A stretch of 64,000 nucleotides of DNA from an uncultured Bacillota bacterium. GTDB taxonomy: Bacteria; Bacillota; DTU025; MWDF01. Positions 52,603 to 62,443 of the stretch are shown here, one piece after another; within the stretch, counting starts at the first letter, position 1, and each line of letters opens with the position of its first letter. The translations under genes and the position numbers were made by a program. The DNA is taken from positions 128,001 through 192,000 of the forward strand of contig CAWGMK010000007.1 in NCBI GenBank assembly GCA_963823655.1. The letters run 5' to 3'. The notes under the pieces are model-generated. The model had not been told where the DNA came from. It ran no database searches and saw nothing but the letters and a program-made list of their open reading frames with translations.

Positions 52603-52678
52603 GGCGGCGTAGCTCAGTTGGCAGAGCATGCGGCTCATACCTGCAGTGTCACTGGTTCAAACCCAGTCGCCGCTACCA
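52603..52678 (+). tRNA. tRNA-Met(CAT), probably elongator
   Basis: GGCGGCG/CGCCGCT acceptor, loop CTCATAC, CCA; no initiator C1 mismatch or GGG/CCC anticodon stem. Confidence 0.93.
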
Positions 52679-52755
52679 AGACGTTTGCCCGGGAGACCGG
52701 TTGATATTGATAAATAAATAGAACAGATGGTATATTACAAAGGCAAGGTTTTCGT

Positions 52756-52831
52756 GCGCCACTAGCTCAGCTGGCAGAGCAACTGACTCTTAATCAGTGG
52801 GTCCGGGGTTCGAGTCCCCGGTGGCGTACCA
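52756..52831 (+). tRNA. tRNA-Lys(CTT)
   Basis: GCGCCAC/GTGGCGT acceptor, ACTGA-CTCTTAA-TCAGT anticodon arm, TTCGAGT, CCA. Confidence 0.97.
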
Positions 52832-52858
52832 ATTAGTTAAGGACCAGTATAACAATGG

Positions 52859-52887
52859 AAAAGCGGCGATGACATCGCCGCTTTTTT
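52859..52887 (+). terminator. Terminator after tRNA-Lys
   Basis: AAAAGCGGCGAT/ATCGCCGCTTTT stem with T-tail. Confidence 0.8.
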
Positions 52888-52909
52888 CATACCCGAAAAC
52901 CGAATCAGT

Positions 52910-52941
52910 TGCTCCTTTTTGCTATCCTTTTGCTATCCTTT
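52910..52941. repeat. Short tandem direct repeats downstream of tRNA-Lys
   Basis: TGCTATCCTTT twice (52920-52941) preceded by a degenerate TGCTCCTTTT. Confidence 0.75.
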
Positions 52942-53216
52942 TTACACTTTTCATAAGAGGCTTGGCATAAATGCCAATCATCTAAGGCAAACCTTCATTC
53001 AAGACCTATAACAAGGCAGATAAGTGATTCTCGGAAAGGGCGAGAACAGACGTATGTACAAAAACCTCTTATGTTGATGGACTCTTTATTTGCTTTTTAG
53101 TGCTTATTATGTCTCATGACAAAGGAAAATTGCGAGTTGTGGAAAATTACAATAGTGACATATTTAAAGATTTTGGAAGCTTTATATCAGAGGGATTACT
53201 GATGGGAGGAATCGGA

Positions 53217-53888
53217 ATGAACAGGATGAAACTTGCATCGGTTGTGATTATTGCCCTGTTAGCAGCATTGTTGTCCGGATGCCTCGCGAAATACTCGTTC
53301 AGCTTCCTTGATGAAGGGGATTTCGTAAACAGCCAGGGTGCATGGTACCACGAAAGTTCGGGGCATACATTCGCGCCCCAAGGCCTTTGGATGGTAGATA
53401 CACACCTGACCGCCCCTTACGCATATAAGGGGGACTTCACATGTACCTATGAGTTCTATGCGGACACTTGGCTTGGAAACAGCATAGATTGGATGTACTT
53501 CATCCTTCTGAACGCAAAATGGCAGGACGAGGTGCCTGTTGAGAAGTTCTTCGGCTTTACGATCCACAGGTACGGGGACGCGCCGGAATACTCCGTCTGG
53601 CAGGGCGCAGCGACCTGGGACATCTACAATATAGATACGGATCCGCCTGGAATGATAAACGGCGCCGTTAATACTGTTGAAGTCAAGAAGACCGGCAATG
53701 AATTCAGCGTAAAGATGAATGGTACGCACCTTTACACGATGGCCATGCTTGCGGCAAACGACACTACATATTGGTACCCTGGCATCAATGGAGTCTACGA
53801 TTTCTACCTACCTTATGGCTTCTACTTGAGGAAGTTCTCGATCGTTTATACGAAGGGCAATGAAATGGAGGCTGAGTGGGCCTTCTAA
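53217..53888 (+). CDS. Lipoprotein, family member L3
   Basis: Lipobox LSGC; YSFSFLDE, APYAYKGD, KKTGN...MNG, YGFYL. Confidence 0.85.
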   Translation: MNRMKLASVVIIALLAALLSGCLAKYSFSFLDEGDFVNSQGAWYHESSGHTFAPQGLWMVDTHLTAPYAYKGDFTCTYEFYADTWLGNSIDWMYFILLNAKWQDEVPVEKFFGFTIHRYGDAPEYSVWQGAATWDIYNIDTDPPGMINGAVNTVEVKKTGNEFSVKMNGTHLYTMAMLAANDTTYWYPGINGVYDFYLPYGFYLRKFSIVYTKGNEMEAEWAF

Positions 53889-54199
53889 TTCGCCTTACAA
53901 AACAGGAGATGGATTTCGGATACTAGTGTCTTTCGATGAAATGCCATGCCTGGTTCTTCTGGCATTTACATCGACGTTAACACCGGAAACCGATATCGTG
54001 TCCAAAGCCCGTCAATAATGAAGTAAAGTGCAGGATGGCGATAGAAGGATAAATATCAAGAAACCTATCTGGGGGGTAGTGAGCCACCTTAGTTAGGAAG
54101 GATATCAAGAGAGTACTCGGAAGGAGCGGACTGAACCAAGAAAATGGTCAGTAAAGCCGCTCCTTTTCAATTCCTAAAACCCCGTCAACCCAATTTGCT

Positions 54200-54670
54200 C
54201 TATTTAGGAGGACTTGTGGATACAGAGGATCCTGCGATTTTGCTCTCCAATTCGGCAAATCGCTCCAGCAACATATTAATCGCAGCATCTTGAGCCTGGA
54301 GATGAGCCTGTATTTGTTGAGTTTCGTGGAATGTTGCTTCAGCATCCTTAAAAGTCATTTCGGCACGCCGGTCTGCTGCCTGTCCCGAGATATTTTGGCT
54401 AACCAGGATAACTGATAGCAAAACTAACTGAATGAAGGTCTGGCTGAGCCATTCCACAAAAGCCGGAAGGCCGTTATGTATGGCGGCCGAGACAACTGTA
54501 AAAGCGATAATGGCAAAAGCATATGCACACCACATCGTACCTACTGCTGACGTGAGCACAAGAGCTATTCGGCCGTTCAAGCCGACCGGGACTTTGCTGA
54601 TTTTGCAAGGTCCTAGTTCTTGGCGTTGAGCAATGTGGGGATGATGTTTGGGGCTAAAGATGACGCCCAT
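54200..54670 (-). CDS. DUF1003-like two-TM membrane protein
   Basis: AVGTMWCAY, WLSQTFIQLVLLSVILVSQN...ADRRA, coiled tail; AAGGAGG RBS. Confidence 0.7.
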   Translation of the reverse strand: MGVIFSPKHHPHIAQRQELGPCKISKVPVGLNGRIALVLTSAVGTMWCAYAFAIIAFTVVSAAIHNGLPAFVEWLSQTFIQLVLLSVILVSQNISGQAADRRAEMTFKDAEATFHETQQIQAHLQAQDAAINMLLERFAELESKIAGSSVSTSPPK

Positions 54671-54945
54671 ATGACAGTCCTCCTTAAATAAGGTTTTCTT
54701 CGAATGATCATACCAAAGTTTATGAGGTCTTCCTAAAGGCACCGGGCATAAGTGCACAGGTGTTATATCATTAAGTGAATTATGCCATTGCAATTAGTTT
54801 TTGCAACGAAGAAAGTAAAACCAAACCATAGTAGAGGATATAATTTCATTTTCGGCGAATAGAAGTTTGATTTTAGAAGCAAGTATAAATCGATATATTC
54901 ACAAAACTAAATGAACGGGCCTTATTGGGGCTGGGAGGAAGCTGT

Positions 54946-56025
54946 ATGTCCGATCACACGTTCGCTTTTATTATCCATCCGATTAATGTTAAGAACGATG
55001 TGTCTCACAAGTTCCCCTTGCTTGGACGTACATTCAGCGAAAAACAGCTGGATTTCCTTTCCCGTTATTTTCCGCCTGTCTACATCTCTGAGATCACCGG
55101 CATCAGATCTGCCGCCACAGGCGAAGAGGCCAAAGGATGGTTCATAGCATGCCCATTTACGCCGACTACTATGCTAAAGATGCAGACTGAGGCGGTCTAC
55201 AGGAAGATAGTAAAGTGCGGGAACATGGCCGAAAAACTGGGTGCCGGAATAATCGGCCTCGGCGCTTACACGTCGGTTGTGGGCGATGGAGGGGAGACCA
55301 TAGCCCAAAGACTGGCAATCCCCGTTACCAACGGAAATGCCTATACGATATATGTGGCAATAGAGGCCTTCAGGGAAGCTGCACGAGTTATGGGCATTGA
55401 ATTGAGGGAATCAAGCGCTGCCGTAGTCGGCGCAACCGGATCTATAGGCAGGATTTGCTCTGAAATCCTCGCAGACGAAGTGAGGGAACTTGTCATTGTA
55501 GGAAGAAACCCTGAAGCCGTTGAAGTGATAAGGAAAAGGTGCGAGGGCCACCTTGCCGTAATAAAGGCAGGATGCGATGTTTCCGCAATATACGGCTCGC
55601 GAATGATAATCACTGTGACAAGCCAGGTTAGCGCAGTAGTGGAACCGCAACATCTGATGCCGGGTTCAGTTGTACTTGATGTAGCTAGACCTCGCGATGT
55701 TTCAGTGCGCGTAGCTCAAATGCGTGATGACGTTCTCGTAATTGAAGGCGGCATGGTGGACGTTCCCGGCGAGCCAGACTTCCACTTTAATTTCGGCTTC
55801 CCTCAGGGCAAAAGCTATGCGTGCATGGCGGAGACGATGGCCCTTGCTCTTGAGGGCAGATATGAAGATTACACTGTGGGCAAGGAGATAGAGCGGTGGA
55901 GGGTTGACGAGATCGGAACCATTGCCAAGAGACATGGCTTCAAACTAAGCGGTTTCAGGAGCTTCGAGCACGCCGTGACAGAGGAGCATATAAATAGAGT
56001 AAAATCGTTAGCAAGGGTTTTCTGA
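54946..56025 (+). CDS. COG5322-type NAD(P)-dependent oxidoreductase (acyl-ACP reductase-like)
   Basis: FAFIIHP, GLGAYTSVV, TNGNAYT, VVGATGSIG, DVARPRD, YACMAE. Confidence 0.8.
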   Translation: MSDHTFAFIIHPINVKNDVSHKFPLLGRTFSEKQLDFLSRYFPPVYISEITGIRSAATGEEAKGWFIACPFTPTTMLKMQTEAVYRKIVKCGNMAEKLGAGIIGLGAYTSVVGDGGETIAQRLAIPVTNGNAYTIYVAIEAFREAARVMGIELRESSAAVVGATGSIGRICSEILADEVRELVIVGRNPEAVEVIRKRCEGHLAVIKAGCDVSAIYGSRMIITVTSQVSAVVEPQHLMPGSVVLDVARPRDVSVRVAQMRDDVLVIEGGMVDVPGEPDFHFNFGFPQGKSYACMAETMALALEGRYEDYTVGKEIERWRVDEIGTIAKRHGFKLSGFRSFEHAVTEEHINRVKSLARVF

Positions 56026-56141
56026 TTACTGTTGGCAAAACGAGAAGCTGTAAAACTGCAATACTGGCGACTTCTTAATTGCAATAATGAGATAATCGAT
56101 ACATAAATGAGGCGGCGAATTCTGCGAAGGAGGAAGACATA

Positions 56142-56810
56142 ATGAAATTGACTGCGTATCTCCTGTTGGTTCCCCTTCTATTGGTCCTGTTCCTGGGCCC
56201 TGGTCAGGCGGCCATTGCATCAGGGAAAGCGACCCTTACCTTAATAGGCCATGCATCTATGAAGATAAGAACCGCAGAAGGCATTGTCATATATATTGAC
56301 CCGTACTACCAGGGAGATTACAGCGAAGAGGCGGACATCATCCTCATAAGCCACGAGCACTCCGATCATAACAAGGTAGACATGTGCAAGCAGAAGGCGG
56401 GCTGCAAAGTACTCAGGGTTAAAGACACCATCAATCAAGACGGCAGCTACAACTCCTTTGAAATCTCTGGCGTGAAAATCGAACCCTTGCCTGCATCAAA
56501 CAAGAACCATTCGATTAAAAGTACGACAGGGTTCCTGATAAGCTTCAACGGCATCGTCATCTACCACGCTGCCGACACGTCGAAGCTGGATCAGATGGCC
56601 AATTTGAAATCCCGGGACGTGGATTACGCTTTCTTTCCGATAGATGGTCAATACAACATGAATGCCGCAGAGGCCATGGAATGCGCAAAGCTTGTCGGCG
56701 CCAAGCATAATGTCCCCATGCATTACTTCAATGCAGATTTAAAGACCTTCAAGCCGGATAATCTCCTGGTAATCAAATATGGAGAGACCATAGAGTTGGT
56801 GGCCGACTAA
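56142..56810 (+). CDS. Exported MBL-fold metallo-hydrolase
   Basis: Signal peptide, GHAS, IDPY, SHEHSDH, YHAADT, PMHY. Confidence 0.9.
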   Translation: MKLTAYLLLVPLLLVLFLGPGQAAIASGKATLTLIGHASMKIRTAEGIVIYIDPYYQGDYSEEADIILISHEHSDHNKVDMCKQKAGCKVLRVKDTINQDGSYNSFEISGVKIEPLPASNKNHSIKSTTGFLISFNGIVIYHAADTSKLDQMANLKSRDVDYAFFPIDGQYNMNAAEAMECAKLVGAKHNVPMHYFNADLKTFKPDNLLVIKYGETIELVAD

Positions 56811-57118
56811 CGAATCATCGATCTAAAAGCTATTGTGCCTTTGCACCTATTTCACCACCAGGATATTAGGGCAGAAAGTAGGCAGGCAGTCGATTGACTG
56901 CCTGCCTTATCTTCATATAATTAAGCCCATTCCCAATGATCCTTCTATCATAGTGCAATTGCTCCGATATATCCACACCCCTGTTCGAAGTCAGGTGACA
57001 ACCCTCGATATTTCGACTGTTTTTTTGGCATAATAATTCACAGGCAGGTATTTTCATATAGTAGTCGAAAATTGATGAAGCAAACTAAGAGAACAAACAA
57101 ATAGAAAGGACAACTGAC

Positions 57119-57760
57119 ATGTTAGTAGAAAGACAATGTGCATATGCTTGAAACAACAAGAGAAGGCATTGCCTACAAAGGAAGAAAAGTAAGCAGCATG
57201 GTATATGCAGTGATTCTTCAAGAAGGCAATCACTTTGATTGATAGCGGCTTCCCGGCATTTGCTGCAGGAATTGTTAATGAACTCAAGAATTTGGATAAC
57301 ATAAAGCATTCTGAGGATTTTATTGACTCACGCAGACCTAGATCATATAGGTAACGCCTACGACCTTCAGCAAACCACAGGGTGCAAAGTATACATATCT
57401 AGCGATGAACTTGCATATATGACCAATGCTAAGCCACGCTTCGGCATGAAGCAGAAAATGTGTGACGACTTCAACTTAAAAATCCCGGAGTTGAGCCAAT
57501 ACGAGAATTCGCGACTTAGGAGAATTTCAAATAATCCCTACCCCGGGTCATACAGAAGGTCATGTATCAATTCTGTATGATGACGTGCTTTTCCCGGGCG
57601 ACATTTGTTCATATTCCGGCGAATGTTTTTTGCGGCCCGAACCCTTTATGGACTGAGGATATGGATCGGGCTAACCAATCGCTATCAAGCTTGCGAAATC
57701 TACCAATTCTCAGTCATATGTCCTGCTCACGGGGCTCCCTTTGAGAGAAAACAATCTTAT
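57119..57760 (+). pseudogene. Fragmented MBL-fold hydrolase
   Basis: TLIDSG, THADLDHIG and PGHT-like segments lie in different frames with several breaks; ends approximate. Confidence 0.65.
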
Positions 57761-57802
57761 AATTCAACATAGTGGAAATTCTCAATAAATACAGGAGGCA
57801 TC

Positions 57803-58270
57803 ATGAGAAGGGCAATAAAATGGCTCGATGAGAATTTCGAAGAGAAAATACTGGCATTCTTCCTGGCTCTGATCTCTCTCATCATCATGTTCCAGGTGAT
57901 CATGAGATACATCTTCAAGGCTGCTCAGCCTTGGCCGGAAGAGCTGGCAAGGTATTGCCTGGTGTGTTCAACCATGCTTTCGATGGGCTACTGTATCAGG
58001 CATAATGCGATGCTCAGAGTGGATATGCTGGTAAAATTGCTGCCCAAACCATTGATGAGGTTGATGGACATAATAATCCAATTGCTTTCCTTGGCGTTGT
58101 ACTCTTACTTGTTTTATCATTCATTCTTTGTAGTCATGATGGCGAAAAATAGCATGCAGCTGAGCCCCGCGATGCAGCTGCCGATGTATATCCTATATGC
58201 CTTCGCGACGGTTGGGTTTGGCCTTGCCGTTATTCGATCTGCACAGAGCATAATTGTGGACGTTGCATAA
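57803..58270 (+). CDS. TRAP transporter small permease (DctQ)
   Basis: QVIMRY, WPEELARY, RVD, SPAMQLPM; four TM segments. Confidence 0.9.
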   Translation: MRRAIKWLDENFEEKILAFFLALISLIIMFQVIMRYIFKAAQPWPEELARYCLVCSTMLSMGYCIRHNAMLRVDMLVKLLPKPLMRLMDIIIQLLSLALYSYLFYHSFFVVMMAKNSMQLSPAMQLPMYILYAFATVGFGLAVIRSAQSIIVDVA

Positions 58271-58313
58271 GATGGCCCAAATCCAATAATTCGCAGAAGG
58301 AGGGCTTAGCAAG

Positions 58314-59602
58314 ATGACAGCATTGATATTTCATAATACTTAATTGTCCTCCTAGTGCTTTCAGTGCCCATAGCTACATCACTAGGCGTGACCATAGTAA
58401 TCCCCGGCCTTGTAGACCCAAGTTTCCCCACAACGATAGTGTATTTGATAAGATCGATAATCACAGGCGTTGACAGCACTCCCTTGCTTGCAATACTTCT
58501 TTTCGTGCTTGTCCGGCGCAATCATGGCGCATGGCGGAATATCGAAGAAGCTCTTCAATATCGCGGCCCTTGCGACCGGCAACAAGACCGGGGGTCTGCC
58601 AAGCGCCGTAGTTCTGACATGCCTTTTCTATGGGGCGATTTCAGGTTCAGGACCTGCAACTTGTGCGGCAGTCGGGGCGATGGCAATACCTGAACTCGTG
58701 TCGCTTGGATATGATAAGACATTCGCCGCGTCACTTGTGGCGTCCGCAGCGGGGCTTGGAATAATCATCCCGCCCAGCATACCATTCATTTTGTGGGGCC
58801 TTAGCACCGGCGCATCAGTTGGCTCGCTGTTCATCGCGGGCATTATCCCCGGCATCATGATTGCCGTAATCTTCATGGTGTATGTATATTTCTATTGCAG
58901 GAAGAAGGGCGAAGACAAAGCCCAGATTGCAAAGAATTACAAGCTCCTAAGGGCGCGTGGGGTAGGCAGCGTCCTGTTGGATGGCATATGGGCCCTCTTA
59001 ACGCCGGTTATCATCCTGGGGGCATATACACAGGAGTTGTCACCCCAACGGAAGCTGCCGGCATTTCGGTCTTCTATGCACTGATAGTCTCCCTGTTCAT
59101 ATACAAGTCGATGAACATCAAGGATCTCCCCAAGATACTGTATGAATCCGTGCGCTCATATGCTCCGATCATCGTCCTTATAGCGCTTGCCGGCGCTTTC
59201 AGCAGGGTGCTCAACTTAGTGGGTGCTCCTCAGGCGCTGGAGGCTTTCCTGGTCGGCAACTTCAACACGCAATTTGCATTCCTGATGATGTTGAACATCG
59301 TTTTGTTATTCCTGGGTATGGTCATTGACGTAGGTCCAGCAGTCGTAATAATCGGCCGCTTGCTTGTGCCCATAGCTGTGGCACTGGGCATAGACTTGGT
59401 GCACCTCGGCATCATTGTCACAGTCAACTTGGCAATAGGGTTTATATCCCCTCCGTTTGGGCTCAACTTGTTCGTGGCGAGCTCCATGACAGGAATTCCA
59501 CACATGCAGATCGGGATGAAATCGATACCGTTCATGCTTTGTTACATTATCGCCCTGTTGTTCATTACTTACATACCCTGGTTCTCGATGGTTCTGTTAT
59601 AG
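58314..59602 (+). CDS. TRAP transporter large permease (DctM); indels near 58330-58345, 58500 and 59020
   Basis: GAISGSGPA, LGIIIPPSIP, GGIYTGVVTPTEAA and ISPPFGLNLF across frames. Confidence 0.9.
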
Positions 59603-59651
59603 AACAACTCAATTTAGCGAAACCGCTCTCATAAAAAAGGAGGAAGACTAG

Positions 59652-60650
59652 ATGAAAAGGCTGCTATCAATATCACTCGTAGTACTAATGGCATTATTGG
59701 CAGTAGGGCTTACACTCGAGACAAGCGCAGCTACAAAGCTCATTTACATCCACGGGTCAAGTACGACGTCAATTCTCCAGGCAACGGCGACGCACTTCAA
59801 AGAGCTGGTTGAGAAAAGGACGAACGGAAGGTACACAATAGAAATCCATCCCAACTTCGAACTGGGATCACTCACAGAGAGCGTTGAGATGATCAAATCC
59901 GGAGAAGTCGCGCTAAGCGGCGTGACCCTCGGCTCATATTACACTCCGGAGCTCTCCTTCGTGGACCTTCCCAATGCGGTAGTCAGCATCGAAGCGGCTT
60001 ACAAGCTATATGCTGAGAGTCCGTTCCGCAATAAGATCAATGACATCATGAGCAGCAAAGGCATCAAGCTGCTCTCCTTCGGAGCCGCTTACTTCAGGGA
60101 ACTGACAAGCAATAAGCCGGTAAATACAATAGAGGATCTCAAGGGTTTGAAGATCCGTACGATGGAGAATGCGCTGCATATGGCATATTGGAAGTCATTG
60201 GGCGCACAGCCGACACCTCTGGCATGGGCGGAGACCTATATCGGCCTTCAGCAGGGGCTGGTAGATGCTCAGGAGAATCCATACGACTCCATCAATGCAG
60301 CTAAGCTGTATGAGGTCCAGAAGTACATCATACACACGCACCACATCCTCTATTCTTCGCCGGTAATGGTCAATCAGAAGTTCTTCAACAGCCTGTCGGC
60401 AGAAGATCAGAAGATATTCATAGAGTGCGGCAAGGAAACGGAGAAATTCACTTTCGACACGGCCTCCAATACGGTCTCAACGCTCAGGAAGACGCTAGAA
60501 GGCAAGGGAATGAAAGTAACGGAGCTTTCGCCCGCAACTCTTTCAAAGATGAGGGAGATGGCATCAAGCGTATACGACACGGTTAGAAAAACAGTAGGCG
60601 ACGATGTTATGAATGCATTCATGGCGGCGTTGGAAGCAGCCAATAAATAG
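59652..60650 (+). CDS. TRAP transporter substrate-binding protein (DctP)
   Basis: Signal peptide, DLKGLKIR, LGAQPTPL, LQQGLVDAQEN, YEVQKY. Confidence 0.95.
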   Translation: MKRLLSISLVVLMALLAVGLTLETSAATKLIYIHGSSTTSILQATATHFKELVEKRTNGRYTIEIHPNFELGSLTESVEMIKSGEVALSGVTLGSYYTPELSFVDLPNAVVSIEAAYKLYAESPFRNKINDIMSSKGIKLLSFGAAYFRELTSNKPVNTIEDLKGLKIRTMENALHMAYWKSLGAQPTPLAWAETYIGLQQGLVDAQENPYDSINAAKLYEVQKYIIHTHHILYSSPVMVNQKFFNSLSAEDQKIFIECGKETEKFTFDTASNTVSTLRKTLEGKGMKVTELSPATLSKMREMASSVYDTVRKTVGDDVMNAFMAALEAANK

Positions 60651-60715
60651 GCAATTGCCTTGACATGACCATGGTCCACAATTAGAGAGTTGGTCGGTTC
60701 GTAAGGCAAGCATTC

Positions 60716-60747
60716 TGATGCCCTCGGAAAATTTCCGGGGGCATCAG
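60716..60747. terminator. Terminator after the TRAP operon
   Basis: CTGATGCCCTCGGAAA/TTTCCGGGGGCATCAG stem. Confidence 0.75.
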
Positions 60748-60957
60748 TTATTTGTTTGGCTAACCTTGCTTGCCTGCTCGGGAAAAGCTTAAGGCACAAG
60801 CAGTTCAAGCATGTGATCTACATCTTAGTTCGATCAGGGCAACGCCAATACTCCGATATCATGGGCCTTCTTGATGATCTTCCTGATTGCTTTTCCGATA
60901 GTTGTCTTTTCTTCAATCGGCCTCCACGAGACCGCGTAAAAGTCGTCTGTTCAGGTC

Positions 60958-61287
60958 TCAAGTGCTGATACCTTCACAGTCAAAAGTAAAAGGAAAGGAG
61001 ATTTTGTACCTGCCATTAGCAGCATCTATGTGCCAAGTCGCTTCCTCAATCATGGCCGGTCCTGATGCGTTATTGTATTCAATCCTCACGAATGCATCCA
61101 GGTAACGCCCGCCGTCATCGTAATCAGTAATCCTCAAGCCGTCCGGCTCGAAATAGATAATTTTAGTTTCATCGCTCCCGGCAAAGGCCATGCCGGGCAG
61201 AAACCTCATCGGCACCCATAATGCCAAAACCAGCAGAATCAAAAGTGCTAACGATACCGTAATCATCCTGACATGCTTCATGTGCAA
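60958..61287 (-). CDS. Small exported or membrane-anchored hypothetical protein (3' end uncertain)
   Basis: N-terminal hydrophobic helix followed by a beta-rich segment. Confidence 0.5.
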   Translation of the reverse strand: MHMKHVRMITVSLALLILLVLALWVPMRFLPGMAFAGSDETKIIYFEPDGLRITDYDDGGRYLDAFVRIEYNNASGPAMIEEATWHIDAANGRYKISFPFTFDCEGIST

Positions 61288-61508
61288 TAAGCCCTTCTGT
61301 ATAAACGCCCTGATAATAAATCGCCATTGCAGTCTGAACTTACGTAAAGTGCTTGATACAAGATCAGGACAAAGCCATTAAAATCAAAAATGGCCTTAGC
61401 AGCATCAGCCTTTTCGGCTCAGCATCGGCAATGTGACCCGTTTGAATTGATGATGTCCCTTCAAACAAAGCTTCTGTTTAGCAAGTCGGCAAGTTCCATT
61501 TGAGTCAT

Positions 61509-62168
61509 CTACCTTAAGGTCTGTATACCGTCATATTCAATCAAGACACTCTTGTAAACGATCGCTTTCTTAGCCAAGTCCTGGCCGCTCCATATTGCGA
61601 GGCAGTATTGATCAGAATTGTAGAGAGGGGGCACTATGCCTGATGTTATTGCCGAACCGTTTAGCCAGAACTCGAAAGCAGTCCCCTTCTTGACTATTTT
61701 TAGCTCATTTATGCCGTTAGTTATGACTTTCGGTATCGGAGAGATATTGCCGACTATTACTGCATAAGCGTCAGGCTTATGTCCGTTGAAGATGGAATAG
61801 CGCTGATTAGGACCGCCCAGGTCGATTAGCTTGATACCGGCGTACCCATCGGATATCTCATAACCTGCGCTAGCAGAAAGGTATATATCCATTGATGCGA
61901 GATTCGCCGCTGAAACGTTGAGTTCGAACTTTACTGTGGCAACCAAATCTCCTTTATAGATGTGCGGAACGGAAGCCCAGCAATTGTGCAGAAGGAAACC
62001 GCTGCTAGTTTGAGTGTATGACTTATTAAATGTGGACCAGTTGCCATCATCTCTAAGGAGATCGGCTTCTTTCGTAAAATCGAAGAAATAACTATTGCTG
62101 CTTAGGGTAGTGCTTGTAAGGGAGAATGCCAGAAAAATAACAGCTAGAAGCGCCCAAATCTTCATCAA
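61509..62168 (-). CDS. Secreted family member L4 (no lipobox Cys)
   Basis: YFFDFTKE..L...DGNW, PHIYKGD, NGINELKIVKKG...LNG, YKSV..EY; AGGAGG RBS. Confidence 0.8.
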   Translation of the reverse strand: MMKIWALLAVIFLAFSLTSTTLSSNSYFFDFTKEADLLRDDGNWSTFNKSYTQTSSGFLLHNCWASVPHIYKGDLVATVKFELNVSAANLASMDIYLSASAGYEISDGYAGIKLIDLGGPNQRYSIFNGHKPDAYAVIVGNISPIPKVITNGINELKIVKKGTAFEFWLNGSAITSGIVPPLYNSDQYCLAIWSGQDLAKKAIVYKSVLIEYDGIQTLR

Positions 62169-62443
62169 TCCACCTCCTAGAATAAAGTTGTCGCAAGGTG
62201 AAATGTTTCAATGCTTTATGTCGTATCTTCGATTAGCATCAATGTTCTCTAGTGTTAAGCAGCGATCACCGACGTAGCTCTTTGGCAAAAGTAAAAGCGG
62301 CGATTTTCCAACTCAACGGTTCAGGAGCCCTGAAGTGCAGAGCCAAAGCCACACGCTTAGATTCGCTTGAGAGGCCACCATATATGGAGTCTGAACCGAG
62401 TTGACAGAATTGTCTTAACATCACCATATTTCTGCGACTGCCG

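Noticed and set aside
53043-53056. LexA-like box AGAACAGACGTATG
   Set aside because: The right half deviates from GTTC and no SOS-type gene is nearby
53123-53145. SigH-like promoter for L3
   Set aside because: AGGA to GAAA spacing is only 15 bp, so it was not counted
10780-59030. Programmed ribosomal frameshifting or phase variation as the cause of the split genes
   Set aside because: The breaks share no slippery heptamer or long repeat tract, go in both directions and hit unrelated genes; assembly error is simpler
60820-60960. Selenocysteine read-through of the TGA ending ORF 60958-61287
   Set aside because: No redox motif or clear hairpin, and another in-frame stop follows within 15 codons
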